From positions 1-33,170 of the forward strand of contig PEXD01000077.1 in NCBI GenBank assembly GCA_002779235.1: DNA of 33,170 nt, given 5' to 3'. The position numbers and the translations under genes are program-made. Positions 23,026 through 30,786 of the stretch are shown here, in pieces. Source of the DNA: Candidatus Woesearchaeota archaeon CG07_land_8_20_14_0_80_44_23 (lineage in GTDB: Archaea; Nanobdellota; Nanobdellia; Woesearchaeales; 0-14-0-80-44-23). Under the pieces are notes generated by a model. That model was given only the letters and a program-made list of their open reading frames with translations, did no database searches and was not told where the DNA came from. Each line of letters starts with the position of its first letter. The first letter of the stretch is position 1.

Positions 23026-23049
23026 AACCGATTTTAAAACGTGGTCCAA

Positions 23050-23514
23050 ATGAATTTGAAAGTTCAAAAAAGAATCGCAGCAAACATCCTCAAATGCTCG
23101 CCTAAGAGGGTGCATTTTGACACTGAGCGCCTCGATGAGATAAAGGAGGCAATAACAAAGCAGGACCTCAGAGCGCTTATCTCGTCCGGAGCAATCGTAA
23201 AGAAAAGCAAGAGCGGCGTCTCCAGGGGAAGGGCAAGGAAAATTCTCATCCAAAAAAGGAAGGGAAGGCAGAGGAACGCCGGCTCCATAAAGGGGAAGAT
23301 TGGGGCAAGGCTGCCGCAGAAAAAATCCTGGATGAACAAGGTAAGACTGCAAAGGAAGTTCCTGAAGGAACTGAAGGAGAAGGGCATAATAGACAAGAAG
23401 GCATTCAGGACGCTCTACCTGAAATCAAAGGGCGGAATGTTCAGAAGCAAGAGGCACCTAAAACTCTACATAGACGAGCAGGGGCTGGCACTGAAGGAGA
23501 ATAATGCTCAATAA
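23050..23514 (+). CDS. rpl19e: 50S ribosomal protein eL19
   Basis: MNLKVQKRIAANILKCSPKRVHFD N-terminus. ATG 23050 is preferred over the in-frame GTG at 23041. Confidence 0.93.
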   Translation: MNLKVQKRIAANILKCSPKRVHFDTERLDEIKEAITKQDLRALISSGAIVKKSKSGVSRGRARKILIQKRKGRQRNAGSIKGKIGARLPQKKSWMNKVRLQRKFLKELKEKGIIDKKAFRTLYLKSKGGMFRSKRHLKLYIDEQGLALKENNAQ

Positions 23515-23531
23515 ATGATTGCGTGATTGAC

Positions 23532-24149
23532 ATGAAGAAGAATAGGATAAAAACTGTTGTATACAGAAGGAAAAGGGAAGGAAAAACAAACTATCCCAAA
23601 AGAATAAGGCTGCTCTCCTCAAGAAAGCCAAGGCTTGTTGTCAGGAAGAGCCTGAAGAACATGCACATCCAGCTCATCAGCTACACAGAAAAGGGCGATA
23701 AAGTCATTGCCTCAGCCGACTCAAGGGAGCTTATAAAATATGGATGGAACCTGAACAGGGGAAACCTTCCTGCAGCGTACCTGACTGGGCTCCTGATAGG
23801 GAAGAAGGCAAAGGGAAAAGCAGAGGAAGCCATCCTGGACATCGGGCTTCAGGAATCAATAGGCGGCTCAAAGCTGTATGCGGCTCTTAAGGGTGCAGTT
23901 GATGCGGGCATGAAGATTCCGCACTCAAACGACATATTTCCTGACGAGAAGAGGATACGGGGAGAAGACATAACCGCATATGCGCTAAAGCTCAAGAAGG
24001 AAGAGCCTGACAGGTTCAAGAGGTTCTTTGCTAACTATGAGAAGAATGCCCCCACGCTGAAAGTGGAAGATGTCTTTGAAAAAGTCAGGGAGAACATACT
24101 GGGAGACAAAGCCAAGGCAGGGGCAATAAAGAGGGCTGCCAAGAATTAA
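23532..24149 (+). CDS. rpl18: 50S ribosomal protein uL18
   Basis: YRRKREGKTNYPKRIRLLSSRKPRLVVRKSLKN pattern. ATG 23532 is preferred over GTG 23523. Confidence 0.92.
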   Translation: MKKNRIKTVVYRRKREGKTNYPKRIRLLSSRKPRLVVRKSLKNMHIQLISYTEKGDKVIASADSRELIKYGWNLNRGNLPAAYLTGLLIGKKAKGKAEEAILDIGLQESIGGSKLYAALKGAVDAGMKIPHSNDIFPDEKRIRGEDITAYALKLKKEEPDRFKRFFANYEKNAPTLKVEDVFEKVRENILGDKAKAGAIKRAAKN

Positions 24150-24170
24150 GCTATTAACGCTCAGGAGATA

Positions 24171-25061
24171 ATGAAAATGGCTGAAGAAGCAAAAAAATCC
24201 GGCAGAAGGAAGAGGGAGGGCGGCAAAGCCCAAAAAAAGGAGGAGCCCAAGGCAGAAGTTTTAGAAAACAAAACTTTGGAGAGCACTGAAGAGGCAGTCA
24301 TAGTTCCTATCAAAGAGGAGTCAACAGAGGTAAAATCTGGCTTTTACAAGGAGGCCTGGAATCCGAAGACAACGCTTGGAAAGAGGGTCAAGAGCGGCGA
24401 GATTACAGACATCGACTACATACTTGACAACGGCATGAAGATACTCGAGCCTGAGATAGTGGATGCGCTGCTTCCCAACATGCAGTCAGAGCTGCTCATG
24501 ATAGGGCAGGCAAAGGGCAAGTTTGGCGGCGGGCAGAGAAGGGTGTTCAAGCAGACCCAGAAGAAAACGCCTGAGGGAAACAAGCCCCATTTCGCAACAT
24601 TCGCAGTCATTGGAAATGGCGACGGATATGTCGGCGTCGGCTACGGAAAGGCAAAAGAGACAGTGCCTGCAAGAGAAAAAGCGCTGAGGAATGCAAAGCT
24701 CGCGATAATCAAGATAAGAAGGGGCTGCGGCTCCTGGGAATGCGGATGCGGAGGGCACCACAGCATTCCATTTGCAGTGGAGGGAAGGTGCGGCTCTGTC
24801 AGGATAAAGCTGATACCTGCTCCAAAGGGAAAGGGACTTTGCATAACAGGGGAGTGCCAGAAGATACTCAAGCTCGCGGGAATAAACGACATCTGGTCAA
24901 AATCACTGGGTCAGACAAGAAGCACGATAAACCTTGTAAAGGCCCTCATGGCTGCGCTCCAGAAAATGAATGATATGAAGACAGCCGGAAGCAGTTCAAA
25001 GGCGGGTTTTATCGAGGGAAAGGCAAAGGCAGCGCCGAATGATGCGCCCCTGGAAAAATAA
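24171..25061 (+). CDS. rps5: 30S ribosomal protein uS5 with a charged N-terminal extension of about 60 aa
   Basis: Core FATFAVIGNGDGYVGVGYGKAKETVPA...GSVRIKLIPAPKGKGL. The usual S5 N-terminus (WNPKTTLGKRVKSGEITDID) begins near residue 62. Confidence 0.95.
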   Translation: MKMAEEAKKSGRRKREGGKAQKKEEPKAEVLENKTLESTEEAVIVPIKEESTEVKSGFYKEAWNPKTTLGKRVKSGEITDIDYILDNGMKILEPEIVDALLPNMQSELLMIGQAKGKFGGGQRRVFKQTQKKTPEGNKPHFATFAVIGNGDGYVGVGYGKAKETVPAREKALRNAKLAIIKIRRGCGSWECGCGGHHSIPFAVEGRCGSVRIKLIPAPKGKGLCITGECQKILKLAGINDIWSKSLGQTRSTINLVKALMAALQKMNDMKTAGSSSKAGFIEGKAKAAPNDAPLEK

Positions 25062-25076
25062 GGTGAAAAGGCAAAA

Positions 25077-25436
25077 ATGGCAAAAATTGCAGTTATAAAG
25101 ATTCGCGGGACAGTCAGCGCAAGGGGCGACGCAATAGACACTCTGAGAATGCTGAACCTGAAAAGGAAAAACGTCATGGTTCTGCTTGAAAAGAATGATG
25201 AAGCGCTGGGCATGCTCGCTATGGTGAAGGACTATGTCGCATACGGCGACATAGACGAGTCCTTTGAAAAGATGCTCAAGGAGAAAAGACCCATTGAATA
25301 TGAGAAGGGGTTCTTCAGGCTGCACCCCCCTAAGGGCGGCTTTGAGAGCAAGGGCATAAAGAAGCCATACAGCATAGGCGGGGCCCTCGGCTACAGGAAA
25401 TCCGAGATTGCTGCGCTCATAAAAAAAATGATGTAA
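25077..25436 (+). CDS. rpl30: 50S ribosomal protein uL30
   Basis: IAVIKIRGTVSARGDAIDTLRMLNL...RLHPPKGGF...GGALGYR pattern. Confidence 0.9.
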   Translation: MAKIAVIKIRGTVSARGDAIDTLRMLNLKRKNVMVLLEKNDEALGMLAMVKDYVAYGDIDESFEKMLKEKRPIEYEKGFFRLHPPKGGFESKGIKKPYSIGGALGYRKSEIAALIKKMM

Positions 25437-25449
25437 TGGTGAACTCATA

Positions 25450-26013
25450 ATGACGACAAACAGGAGAAAGAAGAACTCGAGGATGCGCGGCTCCGGCTCG
25501 CAGGGCTGGGGATCCAAAAAGAGCCACAGGGGCTCTGGAAGAAAAGGGGGGGCAGGGTATTCTGGAACAGGAAAAAGAGCTGACCAGATGAAGCCCTCAA
25601 TCTGGAAGGACCTCGACTTCTTCGGAAAGCATGGCTTTTTCCCGCATGGCTCGCCAAAAACTCTTCCTCCAGTGAACATCAAATATATAGAGGAGCGCCT
25701 TGAGCAGCTTGTTGCTGATAAGAAGGCGGAGAAAATAGGCGACAAGTACAACATAAATCTCACAAAGCTCGGGTTCGGAAAGCTCCTTTCGCAGGGAAAT
25801 CCCACCCACAAGCTTGTTATAACATGCACACAGGCAAGCGGGGATGCCTCAGAAAAGATAAAGAGGGCAGGCGGGGAGATACTAATGCCCGGCGCATCAC
25901 TTGCAAAGATGCTGAAGGCAGGACAGCAGCATCCACAGCAGAAGAAGGAAAAAAAGGAAGAGGGGGCAGAGCAGGAAGAACCTGAAAAAGAATCTGAGGA
26001 TTCTGAAGAATAG
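25450..26013 (+). CDS. rpl15: 50S ribosomal protein uL15 (acidic/lysine C-terminal tail)
   Basis: RKKNSRMRGSGSQGWGSKKSHRGSGRKGGAG N-terminus. Confidence 0.92.
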   Translation: MTTNRRKKNSRMRGSGSQGWGSKKSHRGSGRKGGAGYSGTGKRADQMKPSIWKDLDFFGKHGFFPHGSPKTLPPVNIKYIEERLEQLVADKKAEKIGDKYNINLTKLGFGKLLSQGNPTHKLVITCTQASGDASEKIKRAGGEILMPGASLAKMLKAGQQHPQQKKEKKEEGAEQEEPEKESEDSEE

Positions 26014-26041
26014 AAGGGCAATAAAAAGATTTTGAGCAAAA

Positions 26042-27430
26042 ATGGCTGAAAAAAAACTGCCGGCAATATTCAGTTACTTTCCAGAAGTAAGCGTACCGAC
26101 GCAAAAGGTAGTGCCGTTCAAGGAAAAACTCAAGTGGACCCTCATAATTCTTGTGGCATTTTTTGTTCTCGGGCTGATACCGCTTTTCGGGCTCGGGCAG
26201 AATGCCCTCCAGCAGTTTGAATACCTTTCAATAATACTCGGGGCGGAATTCGGCTCCATGATAAGCCTTGGAATAGGGCCAATCATCACTGCATCAATAA
26301 TCCTGCAGCTTGTGGTGGGGGCAGGGCTCCTGAAAATTGACATAAACACGCCTGACGGAAGGAAATACTATGAGGGACTGCAGAAAATTCTATCACTGGC
26401 GTTCATAATACTTGAGGCAATGCTTTATGTGTATACTGGAGGGCTTGCGCCCAACGCAGGCATTCCAAATTTCGGCATCATGAGGCTGGTGCTGGTTTTC
26501 CAGCTGTTCCTCGGCGGGCTTCTGATAATGTTCATGGACGAGGTCACAACAAAATGGGGCTTCGGCTCAGGAATATCGCTGTTCATCGCAGCAGGCGTCT
26601 CAAAGAGCTTATTCATTTCAGCTTTATCCCCGATGAAAAGCCCGGCAAACCCGAGCGTCTTTATAGGAAGAATCCCAATGTTATTCAAGAGCCTCATAGA
26701 AGGGGACGTGCAGACCGCAGTGCTGATGTTCCTTGCGGTCTTCTTCACAGTTGCTATTTTCGTGCTTGCTGTCTATGTCCAGGCCATGAAAGTTGAGATT
26801 CCCCTCTCATTCGGAAGGGTAAGGGGGTATGGAATAAGATGGCCCCTGAATTTCATATACACAAGCAACATCCCTGTGATACTTGTGGCAGCGCTTATGG
26901 CGAATGTCCAGCTTTTTGCGCGACTATTCCAGAACTGGGGAAGGCCCATCCTGGGCACTTTTGTCGGGAACACTCCATCCACGGGAATTGTGGCATGGAT
27001 GAATGCGCCCAACATCGTTCAAAAGCTGGTTACAGGAAGCATGACAGGGCTTGACTGGGCTCACGCGCTGGTGTATATGCTCTTCATGATTGTGGGCGCA
27101 GTGATATTCTCAATATTCTGGGTGCAGACATCAGGCATGGACTCGCACAGCCAGGCAAAGCAGATAATGGCGTCCGGGCTTCAGGTGCCCGGATTCAGGA
27201 GGGATGAGCGCGTGCTTGAGAGAATACTCGACAGGTACATCTTCCCGCTGACAATAATGGGCGCAATAGCAGTGGGTTTCCTTGCCGCGCTTGCAGATGT
27301 CTCGGGAGCGCTTTCAAGAGGAACTGGAATACTCCTTGCAGTGATGATTATCTACCAGTTCTACGAGAAGATTGCAAAGGAGCATGCAATGGATATGAAT
27401 CCGCTTATAAAAAAATTCATAAAGACATGA
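26042..27430 (+). CDS. secY: Preprotein translocase subunit SecY
   Basis: 462 aa with 10 TM spans. KLKWTLIILVAFFVLG..., GIGPIITASIILQL, GSGISLFI motifs. Canonical position after rpl15. Confidence 0.97.
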   Translation: MAEKKLPAIFSYFPEVSVPTQKVVPFKEKLKWTLIILVAFFVLGLIPLFGLGQNALQQFEYLSIILGAEFGSMISLGIGPIITASIILQLVVGAGLLKIDINTPDGRKYYEGLQKILSLAFIILEAMLYVYTGGLAPNAGIPNFGIMRLVLVFQLFLGGLLIMFMDEVTTKWGFGSGISLFIAAGVSKSLFISALSPMKSPANPSVFIGRIPMLFKSLIEGDVQTAVLMFLAVFFTVAIFVLAVYVQAMKVEIPLSFGRVRGYGIRWPLNFIYTSNIPVILVAALMANVQLFARLFQNWGRPILGTFVGNTPSTGIVAWMNAPNIVQKLVTGSMTGLDWAHALVYMLFMIVGAVIFSIFWVQTSGMDSHSQAKQIMASGLQVPGFRRDERVLERILDRYIFPLTIMGAIAVGFLAALADVSGALSRGTGILLAVMIIYQFYEKIAKEHAMDMNPLIKKFIKT

Positions 27431-27466
27431 TTTTCAGAGATTAAACAGGCAAAAAAATTGTGAGGT

Positions 27467-28213
27467 ATGCAAATGAGCTCAATATTTGACCCGGTATTTG
27501 TCCCCCTGATAAGAATAAGCCCTCTTCTTGCAGTCGTAGTGCTCTCTCTCTTAATAACATTCATCATGACCATCATCTACAAGTACATGACCAACCAGAA
27601 AAGAATGAAGGAGATGAAGGACAAGCTAAACGGCTTTCAGAAGGAGATAAAGGCGGCAGGCAAGGACCAGAAGAGGATGATGGAAATCAACAAGGAAATG
27701 ATGATGATAAATGCAGAATATATGAAGCACTCCCTCAAGCCGATGATAGTCAGCTGGATACCTGTGCTGCTGATATTTGCATGGATGTCTGCAAACCTCG
27801 CATACTACCCAATACATCCCGGGGAAGCATTCAATGCCACGCTGAAATTCGCCCCTGGCGTCTCCGGAAACGTCACAATAAGCTCATTTCCCCAGCTCAG
27901 CATAGAGGGCAGCACAACAAAGCCAGTGGAGAACAGCATTGCCTACTGGGCCCTGAGCGGGAACGAGGGGAGCTACACCCTGAGCTTCTCATTCCAGAAC
28001 AGGAGCTATGAGAAGAAAGTGAAGATATCAAGCGGCACGGGCTATGAGAATCCCGTGACAAAGCTGGCGGGGAACATCACCTCAATAGAGATTAGCAACA
28101 GGGCGATGAAGGTTGTGAAAATAGGCAATTTCAGCATGGGATGGTTCTGGTCATACTTCATCCTCGCGCTGCTGTTCAACACCATACTCAGAAAGATAAT
28201 GAGGGTATACTGA
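27467..28213 (+). CDS. DUF106 / EMC3-TMCO1-like (Oxa1-superfamily, archaeal YidC-like) membrane insertase with a large extracytoplasmic insertion
   Basis: TM1, then a basic coiled coil (QKRMKEMKDKLNGFQKEIKAAGKDQKRMMEINKEMMMINAEYMKHSLKPM). Then TM2, a beta-rich segment of about 110 aa, and TM3 (GWFWSYFILALLFNTILRKI). Conserved position after secY. Confidence 0.7.
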   Translation: MQMSSIFDPVFVPLIRISPLLAVVVLSLLITFIMTIIYKYMTNQKRMKEMKDKLNGFQKEIKAAGKDQKRMMEINKEMMMINAEYMKHSLKPMIVSWIPVLLIFAWMSANLAYYPIHPGEAFNATLKFAPGVSGNVTISSFPQLSIEGSTTKPVENSIAYWALSGNEGSYTLSFSFQNRSYEKKVKISSGTGYENPVTKLAGNITSIEISNRAMKVVKIGNFSMGWFWSYFILALLFNTILRKIMRVY

Positions 28214-28277
28214 ATTTAACATTCATCCGCAATCTTTTTAAAGTGGAGATAAAAAAACAGGGTATAAGGAGTTCAAA

Positions 28278-28547
28278 ATGACAGAGCCAAGATTCAGAGC
28301 AAGGACGTTCCGAAGGGTTTTTGTAAAGACGCCCGGCGGAAGGAATGTTATTCACTATGAGAAAAGGAAAAAAAGTGCAGGCAAATGCGCGATATGCGGA
28401 AAACCATTGAACAGGGCAAAAATGCTTCCCTCAACAAAGAAGAAACTTTCAAAGAGCGAAAAGAGGCCGGAGAGGCCGTATCCAAACCTCTGCCCATCAT
28501 GCATGAGAGAGGAAATAAAGAGAAAGGCAAGGGCGCAGAGCCAGTAA
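28278..28547 (+). CDS. rpl34e: 50S ribosomal protein eL34
   Basis: RFRARTFRRVFVKTPGGRNVIHYEKRKKSAGKCAICGKPL pattern. Confidence 0.93.
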   Translation: MTEPRFRARTFRRVFVKTPGGRNVIHYEKRKKSAGKCAICGKPLNRAKMLPSTKKKLSKSEKRPERPYPNLCPSCMREEIKRKARAQSQ

Positions 28548-28578
28548 ATATTTCATGATTTCACGCTAAATAATTCAG

Positions 28579-28662
28579 GAAATATCTCTTCCAATCAAAA
28601 GGGAAAGGCTCCTGGCGACAGGTTCCTTGATGAGATTGGAGCGAGGTTGGAAGGGCTATTTC
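28579..28662 (+). other. Candidate structured leader or RNA element in the eL34-eL14 spacer
   Basis: GAAATA (28579-84) / TATTTC (28657-62). CTTCCAA (28588-94) / TTGGAAG (28647-53), separated by a 3x3 internal loop. Apical hairpin AAGG-ct-CCTG-GCGA-CAGG-tt-CCTT (28605-28628) has a GNRA-type GCGA loop. Confidence 0.3.
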
Positions 28663-28694
28663 TGAGGATAACAATTTGTTTGAAGGTGGAAAAA

Positions 28695-29081
28695 ATGATT
28701 GAAATAGGACAGGTTTGCATAAAGATAGCAGGAAGGGACGCAGGAAAGCTCTGCGCAGTGATTGACACAATAGATGACAGGTATGTTGTAATCGAGGGCG
28801 CGACAAGAAGGAAGAAGTGCAATGTAAGGCACCTTGAGCCAATGATAAAAAAGCTTGAGATAAAGAAGAACGCCAGCCATGATGAAGTAATTGCAGAGAT
28901 GAAAAAAGCCGGCTATGAGATAAAAGAGCCAGAGCACAAGAAGGAGAAGAAGGAAAAGAAGGAGAAGCCGCAGAAGGCAAAGCATGTGCAAAGGGCAAAG
29001 ACAGAAAAAAAGGCAGAGAAGAAGAAAGAGCAGAAGAAGGCGGCTCCAAAGAAAGAGAAGAAGGAAGAAAAAAAGGAATAA
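28695..29081 (+). CDS. rpl14e: 50S ribosomal protein eL14 (KOW) with a lysine-rich C-terminal tail of about 45 aa
   Basis: MIEIGQVCIKIAGRDAGKLCAVIDTIDDRYVVIEG...RRKKCNVRHLEP. ATG 28695 is preceded by GAAGGTGGA. The ORF-track start 28647 is rejected. Confidence 0.9.
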   Translation: MIEIGQVCIKIAGRDAGKLCAVIDTIDDRYVVIEGATRRKKCNVRHLEPMIKKLEIKKNASHDEVIAEMKKAGYEIKEPEHKKEKKEKKEKPQKAKHVQRAKTEKKAEKKKEQKKAAPKKEKKEEKKE

Positions 29082-29135
29082 ATCTTTTTTTATTTATTCT
29101 TATTTTTACTTCTAATAAAAATTTAATAAGGAGAA
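29082..29135. terminator. AT-rich convergent terminator region between rpl14e and pheT
   Basis: TCTTTTTTTATTTATTCTTATTTTTACTTC follows the + strand stop. T-runs are also present on the minus strand after the pheT stop. Confidence 0.4.
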
Positions 29136-30779
29136 TCAGCCCTGCTTCTGGGCGATTGCCCTTATTGCGTCAATGTCCAGCTCCATGCAGCAGACCGGCG
29201 TCTCGAGCTGCCAGTTTGAGAGCACTGCGGGGCTGAGCTCGCCAATGTATCCTGCTTTCTTGCCATTTATGAGAACAGATGCAGCCCTGCCTGGGATGAA
29301 AGAGGGATGGTCTGACTCCGCCATGGAATACTTTACCCTCAGCGCTGACATTATTACATCCAGAACCTGCTTTATCTTTGTAAAGTCAGATGCCTTATCG
29401 GCAATTGCAACAGCAATGGATTTCCTCTCAAGAATCTTGGTTTCTTCTCCTGCATCTGGAAGGAATATTGTTCCAATCTCAAATATCCTGTGGGGGAACT
29501 CCCTTGTCTTGTTCTCTGCGAGTATCTTTATCTGCAACGGGAGAAGCCATGGCCTTAGGATATAATATTCCGAGGAAACTGAATTTGCAATCTCCACATA
29601 GGAAATCTTATGGTTCATCTTTGTCTTGATGTCGCTGTAGCTGGCAAGGTGGAATGTGCTGGTCTCAAGGAAGCCGAGCCCCGCCATTATCTCCGAAACG
29701 TGCCTGTAGAAGACCTCGCTCTTGCTCTCCTCGCCGATTGTTGAGATTGTCGGAAGAACCGGCTCGAAGTTTTCGTAGCCGTATGCAATTGCAATATCCT
29801 CTACAACATCAATAGGGTGTATCATGTCAACCCTGTATGCAGGTATTATCGCGTTCTTTCCGTTGTAGCCAAGCCCCATCTTTGCAAGAAGCCGCTTTAA
29901 TGCAGATTTCTTGAGCGAAAGCCCCAGGAGACTGTTGACATAATTCAGCTTTACAGGAATTTTTGAGGGGGCAAGGTTTGGAGTAAGCTGATTTCCTGTC
30001 CTGACAGAATATATTTTCCCGCCCATGTCAGCAAGGGTTGTCACGATAATTGTAAGCGCCTGTCCGACTGCAAGCTCATCTGTGCCTGTAACATCCACAA
30101 ATATGTTTCTCGTTTTTTCTGTGACTGCAGTGAGCTCGCCGTTTATCACCGGAGGAAAGCTCATCACATTTTCATCTGCATCAACCAGCAGGGGATAGTT
30201 CTTTGCCTCCTCAAGTATCCAGGCATACTGCTGCCCTTTCTGGCTCTTCTTCAGAATCTGCTCAAGAGTCAGCCTTCTCCTGTCGCCGAGGGGAACAAAT
30301 GAGCATGAATCAGGCGGGACTGCCTTGTATAAGAGGGGAAACTTCATCTTGTCAAAGTCATGCACGCCTATGGCAACCCTTTTTCTTTTTCTTCCGTGGG
30401 TCTGGTGGAGCTTCTCCTGAACCTGCATAAGGCTCTTTATCGCCTCATCTTTCAGATTAACATTTTTCACTAAGCCGCACTTGATGAATGGCCTTACCTT
30501 TTTCACCGACGGGTCTATCTTTACCTTGAGCCCGCTTTTTTTTATGGAATAAGATGGGGGGTTTCTTCTGATTCCCATGAAGCATGAAAGCCCTCTTGCA
30601 AATCCCTCGACAGAGAGCATGTCAGGCCTGTTCGGGAAGAGCTCAATCACAAGCTCATCCTTGGTTTCTCCCTCAAGCGCTGTTCCCATCATTGATATTC
30701 TGTCGAGAAGAACGCTCTCCGGAATTTTCTTCCCGAGAAGCTTGAAAAGGTATTTTTTTTTGATGTTTATTGTAGGCAT
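29136..30779 (-). CDS. pheT: Phenylalanine--tRNA ligase beta subunit (archaeal type)
   Basis: MPTINIKKKYLFKLLGK...ELFPNRPDMLSVEGFARGL N-terminus and B3/4-B5-like layout. 547 aa, immediately downstream of pheS. Confidence 0.93.
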   Translation of the reverse strand: MPTINIKKKYLFKLLGKKIPESVLLDRISMMGTALEGETKDELVIELFPNRPDMLSVEGFARGLSCFMGIRRNPPSYSIKKSGLKVKIDPSVKKVRPFIKCGLVKNVNLKDEAIKSLMQVQEKLHQTHGRKRKRVAIGVHDFDKMKFPLLYKAVPPDSCSFVPLGDRRRLTLEQILKKSQKGQQYAWILEEAKNYPLLVDADENVMSFPPVINGELTAVTEKTRNIFVDVTGTDELAVGQALTIIVTTLADMGGKIYSVRTGNQLTPNLAPSKIPVKLNYVNSLLGLSLKKSALKRLLAKMGLGYNGKNAIIPAYRVDMIHPIDVVEDIAIAYGYENFEPVLPTISTIGEESKSEVFYRHVSEIMAGLGFLETSTFHLASYSDIKTKMNHKISYVEIANSVSSEYYILRPWLLPLQIKILAENKTREFPHRIFEIGTIFLPDAGEETKILERKSIAVAIADKASDFTKIKQVLDVIMSALRVKYSMAESDHPSFIPGRAASVLINGKKAGYIGELSPAVLSNWQLETPVCCMELDIDAIRAIAQKQG

Positions 30780-30786
30780 TTTGTCC

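Noticed and set aside
24996-26066. 356-aa ORF on the minus strand, antisense to rps5, rpl30, rpl15 and the secY start
   Set aside because: It overlaps four well-supported + strand genes. Its translation is low-complexity S/F/L/P/C-rich, the mirror of K/E-rich coding, with no recognisable domain, start context or promoter.
28628-28665. C-box-like TGATGA and D-box CTGA suggesting a C/D box sRNA
   Set aside because: Only 28 nt separate the boxes, no internal D' or C' boxes are visible, the base before TGATGA is T rather than a purine, and the terminal stem is only 3 bp. It is kept only as a remark within the structured-spacer finding.
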